Source of the DNA: a virus
Strand: one strand, 5' to 3'
IMG/VR virus record: IMGVR_UViG_3300012080_000002
Length of the DNA stretch: 45,761 nucleotides
The position numbers and the translations under genes are program-made. Shown here piece by piece: positions 44,287 through 45,761 of the stretch (position 1 is its first letter; every line of letters starts with the position of its first letter). The notes beneath the pieces were generated by a model. That model made no database searches and was not told the origin of the DNA. It saw only the letters and a program-made list of their open reading frames with translations.

Positions 44287-44315
44287 ATTATACTAGTACT
44301 AGTATTTAAAATCAA
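44287..44315 (-). promoter_or_regulatory. consensus-like sigma-A promoter TTGATT-17-TATAAT with ACTAGTACTAGT in the spacer
   Basis: The hexamers and spacer were counted directly. It drives the minus-strand accessory operon. Confidence 0.65.
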
Positions 44316-44357
44316 CCATATTTATCTATTTAATTCCTTAAATTCCAAATAAATTTA

Positions 44358-44386
44358 TTGCGAAAAGAGAACGCTAGTTCTATAAT
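44358..44386 (+). promoter_or_regulatory. promoter TTGCGA-17-TATAAT overlapped by a LexA (Cheo) box GAACGCTAGTTC (44369-44380)
   Basis: The GAAC-N4-GTTC match abuts the -10 hexamer. Confidence 0.6.
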
Positions 44387-44420
44387 AAAACAAACAAACG
44401 TTCTTATTAGGAGGATTAAT

Positions 44421-44693
44421 ATGGCTGCTAAAACAAAAACACCAGCAAAAAAGAAAGAACCTAAGCATTTGGATCGTGATGAGTTCGACCTTGAAGAAAT
44501 CGCATATACTTTAACGGAATCAATGCAAGAAAATAAAATTTATACATACACAATTTACAAGCATGATGAGCTATTAGAGGGAACAGTCGTAAAAATGGAT
44601 GCAAACACTAAATTGATCCACATAAAAGACAGATATATGGGCATCCATAAGATACATTTTTTAGACATTTTAAAAGTATCTAACGTTGAATAA
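44421..44693 (+). CDS. YolD-like protein
   Basis: ATG at 44421 follows AGGAGGA. The pattern LDRDEFDLEEIAYTL...IYTYTIY...GTVVKMDANTKLIHIK...IHFLDILKV resembles the YolD-like family. Confidence 0.55.
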   Translation: MAAKTKTPAKKKEPKHLDRDEFDLEEIAYTLTESMQENKIYTYTIYKHDELLEGTVVKMDANTKLIHIKDRYMGIHKIHFLDILKVSNVE

Positions 44694-44711
44694 TTGTGGA
44701 GAGTGATTGTA

Positions 44712-44795
44712 ATGATAAATGACCGAGGAAATATTAAATGGAAAGCGATAAATCAGATAGAACATGTATTTTCCCTGGTAGACATGGATGATTAA
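44712..44795 (+). CDS. 27-codon ORF with a DRGNIKW motif
   Basis: GTGGAGAG RBS. The motif resembles YolD-family N-termini. The ORF overlaps the next gene. Confidence 0.25.
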   Translation: MINDRGNIKWKAINQIEHVFSLVDMDD

Positions 44796-45153
44796 ACCTG
44801 ATGAGCGCAGAAATGTACACCATTTTATCCTTTTGGATATGGCAGTAAAATCTTTGCAGAATGACTACGATAAACTGAAAAGCCTTAAAATGTCAGAGGT
44901 CTATATCAAAATTGTTGATGACCTATTAAAAGATATAAGAAGTGATTATTTCAACAAAAAAAGAATGTTAGCAAAACAGAAAATAGAAGTAGTGAAGTGG
45001 ATTCATATAGACGAATATTTTAGTGACGTTGTTATTAAAACGCCAGGAGAAGATGTTGTATTGAGGTACGCAAAACAAGCATTAAAAACACAAGTGGAAA
45101 ATTTGATATTTAACTACCTAAAGGAGAATTATAATGCCAATACTAAAAACTAG
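44788..45153 (+). CDS. hypothetical protein
   Basis: ORF of 121 aa. Confidence 0.5.
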   Translation: MIKPDERRNVHHFILLDMAVKSLQNDYDKLKSLKMSEVYIKIVDDLLKDIRSDYFNKKRMLAKQKIEVVKWIHIDEYFSDVVIKTPGEDVVLRYAKQALKTQVENLIFNYLKENYNANTKN

Positions 45154-45436
45154 TTCTGTTCAAATATTGTTTGGAAAAGGAGATGTAGGTGTTCGGATAG
45201 TTGGAAATAAGAAGCTAAAAACGTGTGCCATTCAATTTACCAGAATTGATCCCTTACCAATTGGCGCAGAAATAGAAAAGAGTGAAATGTTAAGTTTAAA
45301 TGATGCTCCTGTAACACTTGCCTTTAATAAAGTTGAGAGTTTAGATGTAGTAATTAACCAATTAATAAAACTAAGAAATATCATAACTGGTGAAAACGTA
45401 GAGGAAAGGTCGAACAGTGCAAGAATCGCGAAATAA
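45134..45436 (+). CDS. hypothetical protein
   Basis: AAGGAGA RBS. A terminator follows. Confidence 0.55.
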   Translation: MPILKTSSVQILFGKGDVGVRIVGNKKLKTCAIQFTRIDPLPIGAEIEKSEMLSLNDAPVTLAFNKVESLDVVINQLIKLRNIITGENVEERSNSARIAK

Positions 45437-45441
45437 AAAAA

Positions 45442-45480
45442 GTCACTCATTTGAAAAAGAAAATGAGTGACCTTTTGTTA
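45442..45480 (+). terminator. intrinsic terminator
   Basis: 11-bp stem GTCACTCATTT/AAATGAGTGAC followed by CTTTTGTT. Confidence 0.75.
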
Positions 45481-45494
45481 TTGCACCTGCTCGT
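45481..45494 (-). promoter_or_regulatory. ACGAGCAGGTGCAA motif copy (reverse complement)
   Basis: Exact match to 4638-4651. Confidence 0.3.
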
Positions 45495-45522
45495 TGCGTG
45501 TATTTTAAGTGATTATGCTAAT

Positions 45523-45553
45523 GGTACCCCACGGTACCCCAGAAAGTACCCCA
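45523..45553 (+). promoter_or_regulatory. three direct GTACCCCA repeats (putative integrase arm-type sites)
   Basis: GGTACCCCA at 45523-45531, GGTACCCCA at 45533-45541 and AAGTACCCCA at 45544-45553. The same word occurs at 183-194 near attL. Confidence 0.45.
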
Positions 45554-45698
45554 ATTAAAAGAATTAATATGAGTTGATATGGGTGCGAGATATTCGTTCG
45601 TAAAATTTATTTCTGAATTCAATATCAAAACTTTTCAACCTTCATTTTTCAACCTATCGAAATCTCTCAAGCCTAAACCCCGCGAAATCAGCATTTTT

Positions 45699-45761
45699 AC
45701 GCTATAATGTAGGACGAGGTGAAGAAAATGTTTGTGAGTGAAAAACAGATTGAGATTCGAT
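45699..45761 (+). repeat. attR: right copy of the direct repeat
   Basis: Identical to nt 1-63. Confidence 0.9.
45728..45761 (+). CDS. 5' end of the (presumably intact) thioesterase gene, continuing beyond the window
   Basis: Same ATG, RBS and codons as at 30. The frame is still open at the window end. Confidence 0.5.
   Translation, partial: MFVSEKQIEIR

Overview
The window holds one complete temperate prophage of about 45.6 kb from a low-GC, Bacillaceae-like host. It is bounded by a direct repeat of at least 63 bp (1-63 = 45699-45761). That repeat duplicates the -10 box, RBS and first codons of a hotdog-fold thioesterase gene. Gene order, left to right: integrase, a zinc-ribbon/SHOCT protein and ImmA/XRE repressor (all minus strand); then Cro-like, Rha/KilAC antirepressor and an Xis-like gene; a recombination pair (annealing-protein candidate plus PD-(D/E)XK exonuclease); replication genes (DnaD-like organizer, DnaC-like loader, YopX, SSB, DUF1064); a frame-shifted HNH-AP2 endonuclease; a 4.3-kb minus-strand cargo island; an ArpU-like late regulator; small morons and a 0.7-kb ORF-free stretch; terS, terL, portal and MuF-like genes; head genes; a contractile Xkd/PBSX-style tail and baseplate; BhlA-like protein, holin and amidase; a minus-strand accessory operon; and an SOS-boxed YolD-like gene next to attR. 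Three parts deserve the most attention. (1) The lysis-to-attR operon (42061-44315) encodes a 548-aa protein with no family I recognise and a CorA-like two-TM C-terminus, preceded by three mini-proteins. It is a candidate new defence or exclusion module. (2) The cargo island (13200-17520) carries Mn catalase, a DUF3231-like gene, a BclA-C-terminal-like spore-surface gene and a small membrane protein. (3) Within that island lie about 1.4 kb of ORF-free DNA. It is organised by two families of interspersed repeats and a series of minus-strand-specific intrinsic terminators, which suggests a cluster of unannotated small RNAs or leaders. All functional calls rest on motifs read by eye. No database search was run.
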